A DNA stretch of 62,201 bases, filler included, from Sphacelaria rigidula (lineage: Eukaryota), in assembly GCA_964200075.2 (NCBI GenBank). It is 5 parts of 5 records of this genome, joined end to end, with 100 filler letters (N's around TTAATTAATTAA, not from the genome) between each part and the next. Parts side by side here need not be neighbours in the genome. Positions count along the whole stretch, not along the records: positions 24,923 to 37,282 come from CAXNAA020003857.1; 4 more parts are not named here. The stretch is one strand, 5' to 3'. Shown piece after piece: positions 24,940 to 37,382 of this stretch (position 1 is its first letter; every line of letters starts with the position of its first letter). The notes beneath the pieces are model-generated. The model had not been told where the DNA came from, made no database searches, and worked only from the letters and a program-made list of their open reading frames with translations. The translations under genes were made by a program, and so were the position numbers.

Positions 24940-27225
24940 TTCATTTGTCCGAAATATGACACTCACCAAATGTTTTGAAAGATGCTCCGCAGAGGGATAC
25001 TGGGTGGCCGGGAGAAAGTGATTTAGAGAGGGGCGACGTGCCTCTGCCGTGTAGGCGAAATCTGACTCGTTGGAAAATGACACACAGAACAGTCGGGAAA
25101 AGGTCAATCGAAAGTAATCTCCGGCGCGACCGGTGCAATGTTTTCATTACCCATGCCAAGGCTTGCAAATAGTTATTGCAAACCCACCGTATCCTCTGTT
25201 CCGAATACTTTTTTGAGTATCAGCTACGTATCTCCCGTCCAAAATTCTCCAAGAAATGTCACAGACTCTATCGACAATCATCCCAAACCTGCAATCGTGA
25301 ATAGCCCCATGTTCCAACGGTTTGTTCCTGATCTGACATACATTCTTGCGCTATCCTACCGACCGGTTCCCATTGTAAAGATTCAAACCTCTGTAGCATT
25401 ACGCATTCTCATATATATAGCCAGTACTTACGCTGTGGAATACAACGCGTCAAATGCCACTGGTTCCCATTCATTACCGGCCCAGCCGTTGGAACCTTCA
25501 CCTACAACGAACCCTTGAATCTGATGATGAAGTCGCATGCCAGTAGACTTCACCACTCGGTACTTGACGGATAGTTCTCGGAAATTTCCGGTTTGTGGAC
25601 AGGTGCAAACAATGTTTTCGTGAGATTGAGAGTCTACGATACGATTGAGAGCAGGCTATTCATGTCTTTCAGCGGCCGGGTGTGCCCGCATCATTAATGG
25701 ACAAAACGCTTACCTCGCACATTGGTGCAAACTCCCGCCGGCAAACCTCACAATGTTTCCGTGAAATCGAGCGTTGAAAGTACGATTGAGAGTGTAGTCT
25801 TATTCATAACATGACTCGCTTCGCCGGTTCCGATGATGAGACGAAAAGTTTACATGTGTAGCACGTTGGAACATTCCTGCCACCCGTTGCCTGAATGGAA
25901 TGGCAGAATACTGTAGGAAAATGTTGCGCGCTGGCCCACAGGTCGCATTTGTGGAAAAAGGCACCGTTCAAGGTGTCTCCAAAGTAGTGTAAGTCGTGCG
26001 GTTCGAGTAAAAGATACGATTCAGCCAGGTTGTGCCCGAATTCATTCGCAAATGCAGTTGATGCCACCATTCGTCGTGTGGACGTGGGACTAAGCCGATA
26101 AATCGGGCGCTTCTGTACAGCTGGGCGAATTTCAACAACTTCAAATTAGAAACTGGCGCAAACAGGACGTCCTTCTGTCCCGTGTGGGGATGATGCTTCC
26201 GAACGTATCCATTTACTTGGCACCACGCGAGGACGGAACCGACACATTCAACACTAGGCGGTGTTCATGTAATTGGGTATCTTTGAGAAGGTCTACGACA
26301 ATGATCTACGTAGGAGTGATTGGCGTGACGTGTGGTGATCTGGTTGGGTACACGTGTAGGGTGTTACACCGCATTTAGGCGTTACGTTACATACGTGAAG
26401 TCTTGACTTGGTGACATGAGATATGTGGTTTGCACATCATCTCACTCCATTCCATCACCGCAGTCAGACTGGCTGACCTGCTTTAATAAACTATCTCCAC
26501 AACTCTTCATGGGCAACCGAGCCAACCAACAGGCGGGTACTCACGATCGAAAAGACTTCGACTCATCATGCCGAGCAGCTGGGCACTCTCGACTCCGACG
26601 ACATTAGACACGACATCCTCCAAGGCCTTGTCGAGCTCTATCATGTCTCCGCCGGGGAGGTTTGTCTGGTTCGAGGAAGAGGTTCCAGCGACAGCGGGGG
26701 GACAGAGACGGTGTGCATCAGGTAGGGGTGCGAGTCAAGAGTTATGACGCATATACATGGGTAGTACACTCGCTGGGATATCCGTCATCATTTGTGATAC
26801 ACACCCATATAATATTTTCGAGTATGAACAGGAGTGCTAAAAAACAAATGCGAGGCCCTATGCCGATTTTTTCAATCCTGGGTGTTTTCGGATGGGGGTT
26901 ACCAAATGCCGTATATAAATAAAAGATGAAAAATAAAGAAGTAAAAGTAAAAAGTGAACAAGTATAAAAAGAATAACAATTCGTGGGTGATGATTATTTA
27001 ATTCTTCGCATACCTCCGGAGCTAAGGCCGAGTTATATTCATGAGTTCCGGCACCACAGTGCACATCACACTTCCACGACAAGAACAAGACCAGACAGAT
27101 CCCCCAATGATCTGCAATGCTTCCTCAATCGAGCTTAGAGCATCTATCTGCACCGCCAATTTGCGTCCAATGTTGTGGCAGACAGGGCGAACAGTCATGG
27201 GTGCTACTTCACCCAAGTCGCCCTA
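24940..27225 (-). pseudogene. Decayed intron-containing Cys-rich gene, possibly a DNA-transposon remnant
   Basis: Exon-like blocks with GT donors: GDLGEVAPM...GGSVWSCSCRG, MIELDKALEDVVSNVVG, RKHCEVCRREF and CTCPQTGNFRELSVKYRVVKSTG...EPVAFDALYSTA|GLNLYNGN. Stops and frameshifts are present. Confidence 0.35.
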
Positions 27226-28159
27226 GAATGGCTGTATATTGAATGTGTCTCACTGTGAAAACAAAAACAAAATCCTACGACCGCCGGAGAGGGGGGGGGG
27301 AGGTACATAGGGTCTCGGAGGTTTTGTTTTCGGTACTCTCGGTATGAACTATATATTTCTAAGTATGGGACACCATCGGAACAGAAACAAGTATGTGCAT
27401 CGTACCGTCTCCCCGGCATCCGCCCGCTGTTCGAAAGAACATGGAGAACGTGTCACCTCAATGCTGGGTCCTCTCTTTCGTCGGCATAGTTTTCACTTTG
27501 AAAATCCCCACCCTGGCGGTCAAGGGCTTAAAAACTCAACAGCTGTGACCGCAGAAAGAGGTCACGCTACCTATGAGTTTGGCAGAATGTTAAACTTCAG
27601 TGATGCTCATCGACGAAGGGAGAAACGCAGCGGGAGGGGGGAAGATAATATCGAGACACTACACTGTACTCTCTGTACAGCATTGTACAATGCTCTGTGT
27701 TTCAGTTGCGCTTTCGTGTACCTACATTCAAATTGACAGTGTACCCTCCTGTCTGTACGAGTAGGTCATAACTCAATTTTTCTGTAGATACGTGGTGTGC
27801 TCATAGACGGTGGCACCGAAATAGTCAACACAACTAACAAACACAAGCACATATATATCGTCGCCATGATGTCGTCTGTTCTGGTACACGCCACTCTCTC
27901 TACCTTGGGTTTTCCGTGCCTCTCTTGGTACACGAAGCGGCAGCTCTTTTCCCGTTATACTTGGTTGGTGTACACCATTCATACATAGATGGGAGATAAG
28001 CGACCATAATTTGTTTGAGCTTCAAAATTATCAACACAGAGCATTGTCTTTTATGCTCGAGCGGCAGTGGGAAGTCACGCAGACTCAACCACGCGACGAG
28101 TAGCGAGAGATATGAGAGAGTGCGACATCATTATACTGCTGTACTACTGACTGTATTCC

Positions 28160-29570
28160 GCGTTGGATGTGCTGGCTCCGATTGAACAGAGTGTGATCCA
28201 AGTCACCACGATTGGGATGGTCATGCGACACAGGCCAGCCGCACGTGTTTTCCCATTATCCGAGGTTGCAGATGGTGCACCGGGGTGCACATGTATTGTT
28301 TTCGGCACACGGGTAGGACATGACGCCTCGACCACCATCGCGTGAGATTTCCAATAGTGTCGACAGCGTTTTGTTTCCTCCCATTTGCACAGGACCGGAC
28401 ACAAAAACAGCACAGCATACGAGACAATCCTCTACGCAGATCAAACTGCCTCGACATACTGCAGCACAATACAGAACTGTGCAGTGATATGCGCCATCAT
28501 ATCAAGACGCCGTCAAGATGCACTACAACAACAGTAGAAGTGCATCACACCTGTGGGGTGCATCATCCCCATGAGCGGTCCGCACACGCGATCGCTGAGG
28601 CCGTGCCTTCCCCGTGTGGAATCCATTAAATATCGCGCTTGCGTCACCTGCGGTAAACAAATACAGGATATCGTCGCACATGCGGACCGTACCATGTACG
28701 TTACTTGTTGATCCGACGAGTATGCAGGCACCAAGTTCGAAAAAATCACGTACCTCGACCGAGCAACCATGCCCTCTACACAGGAAACAAAGGTTCCACC
28801 CCCAAGGCTGACAGTAAAAGGGGGGGGGGATAGGTCGCAAAAGTCAGCGACAGCACATAGCACTAGCAAGGCTCAGGGTAACAGCGGTACGACTGGGAAC
28901 ACTGTCGGCAGTATTCCAACAAACAGACAGAAAACTGGAAAGAAGAATCTAACTTGTTTCGAGTGTGGTAAGACTGGTCATTTCAAGTCGGAATGCCCTG
29001 AACGTATATGTGAGGAATGTGGAGATGAGGGACACTCCAAAAGGGTTCGTAAGATGGTCGCGATGTGTAAATCAGACAATTTCAAGGACTCCGGAGATGA
29101 TGGATGCGTTGCAACGGAGACTAAGACCGGTGAACACGCGTCCGCAGCAGACAGTGCACAAGGTAAGTGCGTAGTCCTAGATGAGGGGGCAAGGAGGTTT
29201 GGATAGCGAATAGCGGAGCGTCATGTCACATGACTCCACCGAGGGAGAGAATGTGTGATTACGAGCCTTGCACGGGTGTCTGTCACTGTAGCAAACAGCC
29301 ATAAAGTACCGATAGCAGATTTTGAAAAACTGTTGGTATCAACAGTTGGGAACGATGATCAACAAATTTCCAGTATCAACAGAGTGACACATATTCCGGA
29401 GTTGAACGTAAATTTGTCTTCCCTGCAGAATGTGGCCGTGGAACATGATTTGACGATTAGTGTGACAAAGAGGGGGGCTGTGATTGCTTTGTCTGATGAG
29501 AGGGAAGTGATGTTTAGGAAGGAAGGAAGGAATGACATCATGGTTTCCACTCGATATTCATCATCTTGAG
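28160..29570 (+). pseudogene. copia gag-protease remnant
   Basis: CFECGKTGHFKSECPERICEECGDEGH knuckles (ORF 28769..29206), then WIANSGASCHMT and VTVANSHKVPI...VTHIPELNVNL. Confidence 0.8.
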
Positions 29571-29579
29571 CGACAATTA

Positions 29580-30840
29580 TTTGTCTTTAACAACGGCTCG
29601 TGTTTTATCCGTCAGCAACGACGATTCAAAACGTAGTTTATCTCGTACAGTGGTGTACTCAGAGGGAAGGGAATTAAGAAAACTTGTTCACGACAACCTC
29701 TTGAACAGTCTCCAATCCCGGCGACCTAGCACGCGACTGCAGCGACTCTGATCGGATCCAGCACTAATCAATGTCATGACCCTTGCTGTACTCATGTTTG
29801 TTAAACTCGGCCGAAACGTCCATCTTTGAGCCTGACACTTTCTACGATAGCCTCCCCCCAAAACCAGCTAAAAGTGTCAAGAAACAAATGGCCATACAGC
29901 GCCTGATGTTCGGGCTCAGGCTGCATGAAGCGCCTCATATTAGCGACTTTAGCTAGAACGAACCCAAGCGTGGGAATTCCCAGCTTCTCGTTGTGCTCGG
30001 CTTTTCACATTTCGATTTACGTGAAGATTTTGCCTCCCAAAACCATGCACTTCTTTGAGAGGGGCTATTGTAGGAAGTGTCGCCTGATGTTTCCGGAGAA
30101 ACTATTCATCCAAAGCACGCCACGCTATGGAAGGTGATCGCGACTCGAGAAGTATGTGTCTACCGACCCCGTCCTTAAGAGTATTGAGCAACCAAATATA
30201 CGCAAGTCGTGCTCGTTTGATGTCGTCCGAACTCACACCCAGCCCAAGTAGCTGCTGCTCATTCAAAGGATCAACACGAAGCGCAGGGTTTCTGAACAAT
30301 CCCCTAGCCGAATTTGTACATGAAAGCATACCGCTCAACTTCTCGCTTCAAGTTCACCCATGCATGGACCCTATTGCTGTCGAGAGGACAAACTTGTCGA
30401 GCCTCCAATGCTCGAGAATCGACACTCAATAGTGTCGACGCACCTTGCGCGTTCATTTGCCTCTGTACATCATCACACGTACTCAAATTCGTTGCATTTG
30501 GGAATACAAGACCGGACATCCTACCTATAACGCCGTGCTTTTGACTCGAGTCCTTACAGCTCCTCCGGATTGAGCACCGGTCCAGCTGCTGAGCGGTGTT
30601 CCCCTTGCCCCAAAGTCCATCGGAGCAGCTTCCTGCCTTGGCGGGCCTTCTGTTCCCCCTGTTGCGGAAGCCTCTCTGGCCCTCCTAGCTTGCCATTCCA
30701 TATAACTATGCTAGTCTTTCCCTGTAACGAAGGTTTCTTGAGCGAAAGCCTCCTGCTTCGCTACTACGTTTCGATTTGCCTGTTGCTCGCTTCCTGTACC
30801 ACTCATGGTAGAAGCCTGTCTACGAGCCCCTGTCTATCGT
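29580..30840 (-). pseudogene. copia gag remnant
   Basis: DIKRARLAYIWLLNTLKD...SPSIAWRALDE (UBN2-like), fragmented. Confidence 0.6.
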
Positions 30841-31182
30841 AAGTATTACACGCTAGCGTGTCGATATACTTCAAGCTCACACTGGGTCAAGCAACACCGA
30901 CTGCCCAACCAGAAAGTAGAAGGCAACTCGCACACCTCCAGTTGTCGAGATGGAAGTCGATCAAACGAAGGTAAGTAGATATCCTTTCATCAGGTTGAAT
31001 ACCACCGGCATAAGAGAGGGAAAACACACACTGATCACAGAGGGGCGAGGGGTGCGGACGTGCACCTTCATCGGCTCCTCCGTAAGCTACGACAAATATC
31101 CCTTATTTCTTCTAATCGAGAACGCACAGCACACCTTAAGACAACTCTATGTTTGTTCCTTCTCACTTCAGGAAGTAAAATG

Positions 31183-31292
31183 CACGGGTGGCCACTGGGG
31201 TGCCTGCAACCTCAGATTTGGACGTTACAGACCTTGTGCAACGTCTGTAACGTCGAAATCTGAGGTGACAGGCACCTCAGTGGCCATCCGTG
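31183..31292. mobile_element. 110-bp near-perfect palindrome (small MITE)
   Basis: CACGGGTGGCCACTGGGGTGCCTG...GTTACAGAC / GTCTGTAAC...CAGGCACCTCAGTGGCCATCCGTG. Confidence 0.75.
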
Positions 31293-32329
31293 TAATAATA
31301 ACACCGTTCCCAGAACCAGTCCGTACCGTCGGGTGATCCGCCGCACGTTTACACAACAATCTCGGAACATTATACTGGATATTTCGCTCTTGCATCCCAC
31401 GCTGTTCCCCATGAGTCAACTTACCACATGATCAATATGCTGAAAGTCACTTAACAACTTCTTTGCAGAAACCACCATGTATCATGCGTGCCCAGCAGAG
31501 TAGCACAACACACAGATATCGAACACGTGTACGCGTGTACGCCGGCATTTCCCCCAGCAAATTCAACACGGTCATACTCGATTAAACGTATGCTTCACGC
31601 ACACTCATGACCAGAAACCACACTACAATCAACAACAACCGTTCACAAAACGGTTCAGGTATACAAGTCATGATATGTTTCCTCATTCTCAACAAGCACT
31701 TTCACCGGTACTTGCTCCTCAACATCACCCAACACAGCGCTCACCACAACTTCAAGTACCTTAGGTAATCATGTGTGTCGTTAGGCGAAACAGAGGAGTG
31801 CTCGAAGTGTGCAAACGTGAAAGATACACAGGCGCTCTCGAACGTTAGGCCGACAGCTTGCCGCAAAATATGCGGTTGGTTGTGACAGAAGAAAACTACA
31901 ACAACCTCCCCGATCATTCTCACGCCGCCGTGATAAGGAGCAGGGTAAGTCTGGCACTGTGGAAGAAGAGACGTTGCCCGCTGCCGGAACAAGCTCGCAG
32001 CGCTCCTCGCCTGAACACACTCTCCTCTTTGCCTACTCTGCACTGCCTCGTGTTACTCGACACGGCGCCTAAACCCTATTCCTTGGCTCAGACACAGGGT
32101 AATGGTTTTATATATTTTATTAAGGAGCACCCAAGTAATACTGTAACTTGGGAGAGTGCTGAAGAAGAGAGGAAGCTGATAAGAGTGATCGAGTAGGGCC
32201 TGAGCGTGCACCCCGCGTTCCATACCGTACCACATTTGCAAACACTCGACTGCCAGTACTCGTACGTCACCCCGATCCCATGTTCTACGTAGATTCAGCA
32301 TGGCTGAGTATCTTGATCACTCGAATACC

Positions 32330-35092
32330 CCCCCTCATCGGATACCTCAGCACTCAAAGTATTTATATAAAAACGTTTTCAGGGGGAAACTCGACCTTCC
32401 GAGCAAAACCTCCCATCACACAAGGTCCACCGCTTGTGCTAAAAACAAACAGCCCTTTTTCGCAGACGCCGAGGCCAGGGCACCTGCACTTGACAATGGA
32501 AAACCCTCTATAAGCTCATGCCCACAAAGTAGCGTGAGCGGCTTCACCCGACATAAGTGCAGATGTATTACGAAAGGTATGATCTAAACCCTCTAGAGCT
32601 GACACATCGAAAGACACACACAAAAATACAATATGTGCCTACTCGCTGTCCCCAATGTTCATCAAGGCACGACGATGCCTTTTGAACAACGTGATTGGGA
32701 GCGGCTTTGTAAGAGTATCAGCGTGTTGCCGCTATGAATCCACATGTACAATCCTTACTGCTCCCGTCCTAACCAAGTCCCTACTAAAATGCCATCTCGC
32801 GTCGATGTGTTTGCTACGATCTGAGCTGAGTGGGTTGTCGGCCAAAGCCTCAGTCTCCTCGTTGTCCTCACAAAGAACAATATCATGCTGCACGTGTCGT
32901 CCCAACACAACCCTTGGTCGTAGGAAAGGTAGTATCGACCTGACAAACATACATTTCCCCCCTCCTTCAGCCATAGCTACGTACTCGACCTCGGTGGTTG
33001 ACAGGGTAACGCAGTGTTGCGTTCGACTAGTACTCGATACTGCTATCCCTCCGTACATCACCGATACCCCGGAAACGGATCCCCCGTCATCACAGTAGAT
33101 CCCCTGTCTCTTTCTTGGCGTAGTTAGCATCACACTAGACTGAGAGCACACTTTCCCCTGAACTGAACGTCAGACCGTAGTTTCTAGTCCTGTTCAGAGT
33201 GATGCTACGGTAGGGTTGTACTTTTTGAGCGAAAATGTTTATCGGGGTGTTGCACGGATCATTTTGAGAACCAGCATCGTTTCCACTTGAAGAAGACTGA
33301 AAATGATGCCGATTGACGAAAAGGCCCCTGTGTGCATCTCCATGTCCTGTTCCCGGAGATTTGGGTTGCACAGTAAGCCCCATATATTTGGTCTCCTACA
33401 AAACGAGACCCAGGAACAAAACGTGCAACTCTATTGTAGCATTGCTCTTCAGGTATGCTGAGACTTTCAATACCCCTCGCCAGTGTCTTTCACATGAGCC
33501 ATGTGCTTGAGTCAGGTCCCGGGCTGCATTTTCTATATCAGGCCTAGTTATCCCAGCCAACCACATCAGCCCTCTACGGCACTCCAGTATGGTATATCTA
33601 CCACCTGGTGTCCCTGCCTCACTGGTCCCATGTCTGCTGATACTGAGGCAGGAATATCAGAAAAATACGTTACTTCAAAACGCTTCAGCAGGGTGGCGAT
33701 GAAGGTCGTCTGGTTCGCGTACATGGTACCTCTTTTCCAGTCCCTTTCTATGGCACACCCCACATTCCATTGGACTTGACCTAAGTTATTTGTAGGGACT
33801 CTTTTGTTGAGGATATCACACCTTTTCTCTACTTTTTTTTGTTCCACCCCCAACCAAGATGTCGTTTACATGCACAACTAGTATGACATATACACTCCCC
33901 CTTTTCTCCTGCTTGGGTACACACGAGTCAGCTTTACTCTGTGACATCTCTGCACCATCCATCAAGGTTTTGTTCAGAAGGAGAGACCATTGCCTCCCTG
34001 CTTGTTTGATGCCGTGAATGAATTTTCCCAGTCTAACTGTACTACCCGTCACGAGGCTACACCCGTCTGGGAGCTCCATAAACACATTCGTGTCCATTTT
34101 TGTTCGTACAAAGGCCTGGTTAACGTCGAAGTGACACAGTGGTCATCTATTCTGCATTGTCACGGCCATGACCGATTTTATTGATGTCATAACCGGGGTT
34201 GCTGCAAACGTCTCGAAATAATCGACCGCGAATCTCTGGCGAAATCCACGCGCGTGAAGTCTCGCCTTTGCTTTGGTGATTGAACCGGAGTCGGTTTCCC
34301 AACTGAATACTCATTTTGCTATAATCATGTTTACTCATTTAGGGAATTCTTTGCTTGAAAATGTACCGGCGGTTTCATGCCCACTCAGCTCTGTACGCAT
34401 AGCACTCAACCACGTTTCCTTGTATTCCGACTTTTCCACGTCTTCCACTGTTACGGGGGGGGTTCGACATCTCTCACGTGGAGACCGATGCGGAAACGCA
34501 AACCAAAGCTGGGCTCTGTCTCTGTTTCGTTTTCGGTCGATAAACAAAAATATCCCTGCTCCGCGAAAGTCTCCTCTATCAGTATGGCCGTGCTGCCTCC
34601 CATCTCTGGTCCGGCTGCTGCAGAATTAAGGTCCGCTCCTATCCTCCGCGATTCCATACAGAACATTTTCCGCTATAGCTCTCCCTTGAGCCCTCGTCAT
34701 CATGCAGGAGAAACATTCATCTCTATGCCACGCCGGTGTTTCCTCCAGCTCCTCTGCAGCCGATGCCAGCTCGCTCCGGTCGGCTGCCGCTCTCGTCGCA
34801 CTGCGTGTGCGACCTGCCATTTGCGGAGGCAGAGACAACTAGTCGTCGAGTGCAAGACGGCGTAGCTCCGTCCGTGGGAGTACGGGAGCTCCACCGCCCC
34901 CCCCGTCGTTGCGCTCGGCGTTGTCGACGGTTACCGGCGACAATGCTGGCTGGGTAGTTGTTGGTGATACCGCAGGTGGATGCGATGCCGGCGATGTGGG
35001 TAGCTGTTCTGGCGTTGTTGACGGCGCCGTGGCTGTCGACGTTGTCGGCGCTGTGGCTGTCGGCGCTGTGGCTGTCGGCGTTGTCGCCAAGC
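32330..35092 (-). mobile_element. Decayed copia (copy D): linker, RT, RNase H and 3' region with PPT
   Basis: WLSAMRTEL, VFMELPDG...GIKQAGRQW, VHVNDIL, LSTTEVEY and CEDNE..SKHIDARWHF. Purine tract at about 32328-32337. Confidence 0.85.
33197..33447. mobile_element. MITE, GAG..CTC family, 4-bp TSD TTCA, inserted in copia D RT
   Basis: GAGTGATGCTACGGTAGGG / CTATTGTAGCATTGCTC. Removing it plus one TTCA restores the frame SAYLNRTRNYGLTF. Confidence 0.9.
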
Positions 35093-37282
35093 AAACACCG
35101 TCAGAGTGGATTCTGCATCGACGACAGCACCATCCAACATCCAAGTTCAAGATACTAGCGGATCGGCAGCACCAACAGTGACTGACACAAGCTCGCCATC
35201 AAGCGGCATAGGCTTTAGCTCTTTTGCTGATCCTGCAGACAAGGACAACACTCGGCTACCGGTGTCGATATCATTCAAGATGGTATGCGACTCCGGGCCA
35301 GTCATCACTACATCGACGATCAGCTACTTCCTAATATTGAAGAGGAGATGTTTGACTATGTGAAACTCGATCCTCTCATGAGAATTCTGACAGCAGGTCG
35401 TCATATCCTGAGTGGAACAGGAAAGGGAGTACTCCACTCCATCGTCTGTGATCAGCAGGATAATCAACACTCCGTCCGTCTTCCGGCCATTATTGTTCCG
35501 GGTCTAGGGAAATATCTTTTTTCATCAGTTGAAGCACTCACAAGAGGAGGTTCAACCGTGTTCTCCGTTGACTCTCACGTCGACCTTGGAAAATTCAATA
35601 TTTCAATACACACCGACAACAACAACGGTACGCTCCACTTCATCAATATAAAGATTGTTCGGGACTCAAGAAATGTCAAAACAAAGACCGGGTCAGAATT
35701 TACGACTAAAGTAGTGTCCGGGGAACTTATGGGGATTGGTACAGCATTATCAGCAGTAGTACCTCCCCCGGACATCAGATGGACAGGAGCAGTCAAGATT
35801 GCCGAACCATCTTCGATATCTTCCGGCAGAACAGTGACAAGACCGTATGATTCAACGAGAAAAACGAGAAGGGGTAGAAAGTACAGTAAAAATAATATAT
35901 CTTCATGTGTCAAGCCTACATCTGCATACCTACAACAGAACGAGGGGAGAAAAGCCGAAATTTTACGAAAAGAACAAACGTGTCGACTTCAACAGACGAG
36001 GAGATTACAACAGAAGTTCAAGAAGATCGACAACTTCGCCGCAGAAGAATCGCGATCATTCTTCTCGCCACCGTCATCATTATCATCATCGTCACCATCG
36101 TCATCAACTACAGCACCAGCACCAGTCACAAAAGCACCAGCCACAGCAGCACCAGCAGCCCAAGGTCGCTGCGCTTCACCCTTCAGGATTTCGCACTACA
36201 AATACATACTGCAACACCTCCGACCGAGTGAGGGCACGGAATAAGGGGAGCAGCTATACTATGACACCGCCGAGAACGGACCGAACGAGATCAACGTACG
36301 CCACTACAACACCACACATTGTTAGCCATAGAACGAAATGGTTGATCGGTAGCAGGGCAATATAACACGGTATGTACTTGATTCATATATTATAATGTAT
36401 GTACTGACTTGCGTATAGGATATATGTAGTGACTTGCGTACAGTACGGAATCATAGGACTGCGTGCAGGATTTTGATTTATTTGAAAACTGTGTGTCATG
36501 AGTACAGTACACCGTATGTACTTGATTAGTTTACCAACCTGTGTACCGAAGCTTATGTTTGCGCACTAGGGCAATATGCTTTGAGTCGAGCATCAACTAC
36601 GCATTAGGATACGGGGTTGACACCGCTCCCTACGATACTGTCTACGTAAGACAGAGATTTAGATGTATCAATCGTTTTTGAGTCATGAGTGCGCCCTGTT
36701 CACAACATGAGTACTATCTCTGGATTTAAGGTTGTTGAGTACTATAGAGTACATGTGCTTTGATATTTGCATGCGGTGTGAAGTGCTGCATGTTGCGGGA
36801 AAACCTTGTAATTTATAGCAGGCACCAATATTGTGATGTCATGAAAATAGCCCTAGTACTTATGTCTAGGGATGAAATTCCACAAGTGACATCTCTTGAA
36901 GTAAACGTATACACCTGTACGCATAATGTACAGACTGATTTCTACATATCAACTTAGCGTATATTGATTGATTTTTTGTTTGAATTGAGCTGTTTTTTAC
37001 CCATCAACAGCACAGCGTACCCTGTAGCTGATTTGTTTACACATCAGCACAGTGTGCTTTGTGGTACTTTATGTTCAATTGTCTAGTTCAAGATTTGGTT
37101 GAAATTTGATTTGCTACCCACGTACAACTCAAGGGGGTGTGTTGAAAATTCACACAGCCAGCAATCTAGCTGTATATCTTTCGTGTGTGAGTTTTTACCC
37201 TGTAGCAGATTAGCGGGTCAATACGTCTCGGTTCAACTAGTAGCCACCCGACATTGACCAAAGGTTCAAGTACTGTTTTTTC
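35093..37282 (+). mobile_element. copia-derived element (copy C): protease, then a non-pol tail, long 3' region, PPT and a partial 3' LTR (about 37138-37282)
   Basis: MVCDSG/ASHHYIDD...ILTAGRHILSGTGKG is homologous to the copia A protease. No INT, RT or RH motifs before the stop at 36244. AAGGGGG-TG at 37131-37139. Confidence 0.7.
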
Positions 37283-37382
37283 NNNNNNNNNNNNNNNNNN
37301 NNNNNNNNNNNNNNNNNNNNNNNNNNTTAATTAATTAANNNNNNNNNNNNNNNNNNNNNNNNNNNNNNNNNNNNNNNNNNNN
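37283..37382. other. Artificial 100-nt spacer
   Basis: N44-TTAATTAATTAA-N44. Confidence 0.98.
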
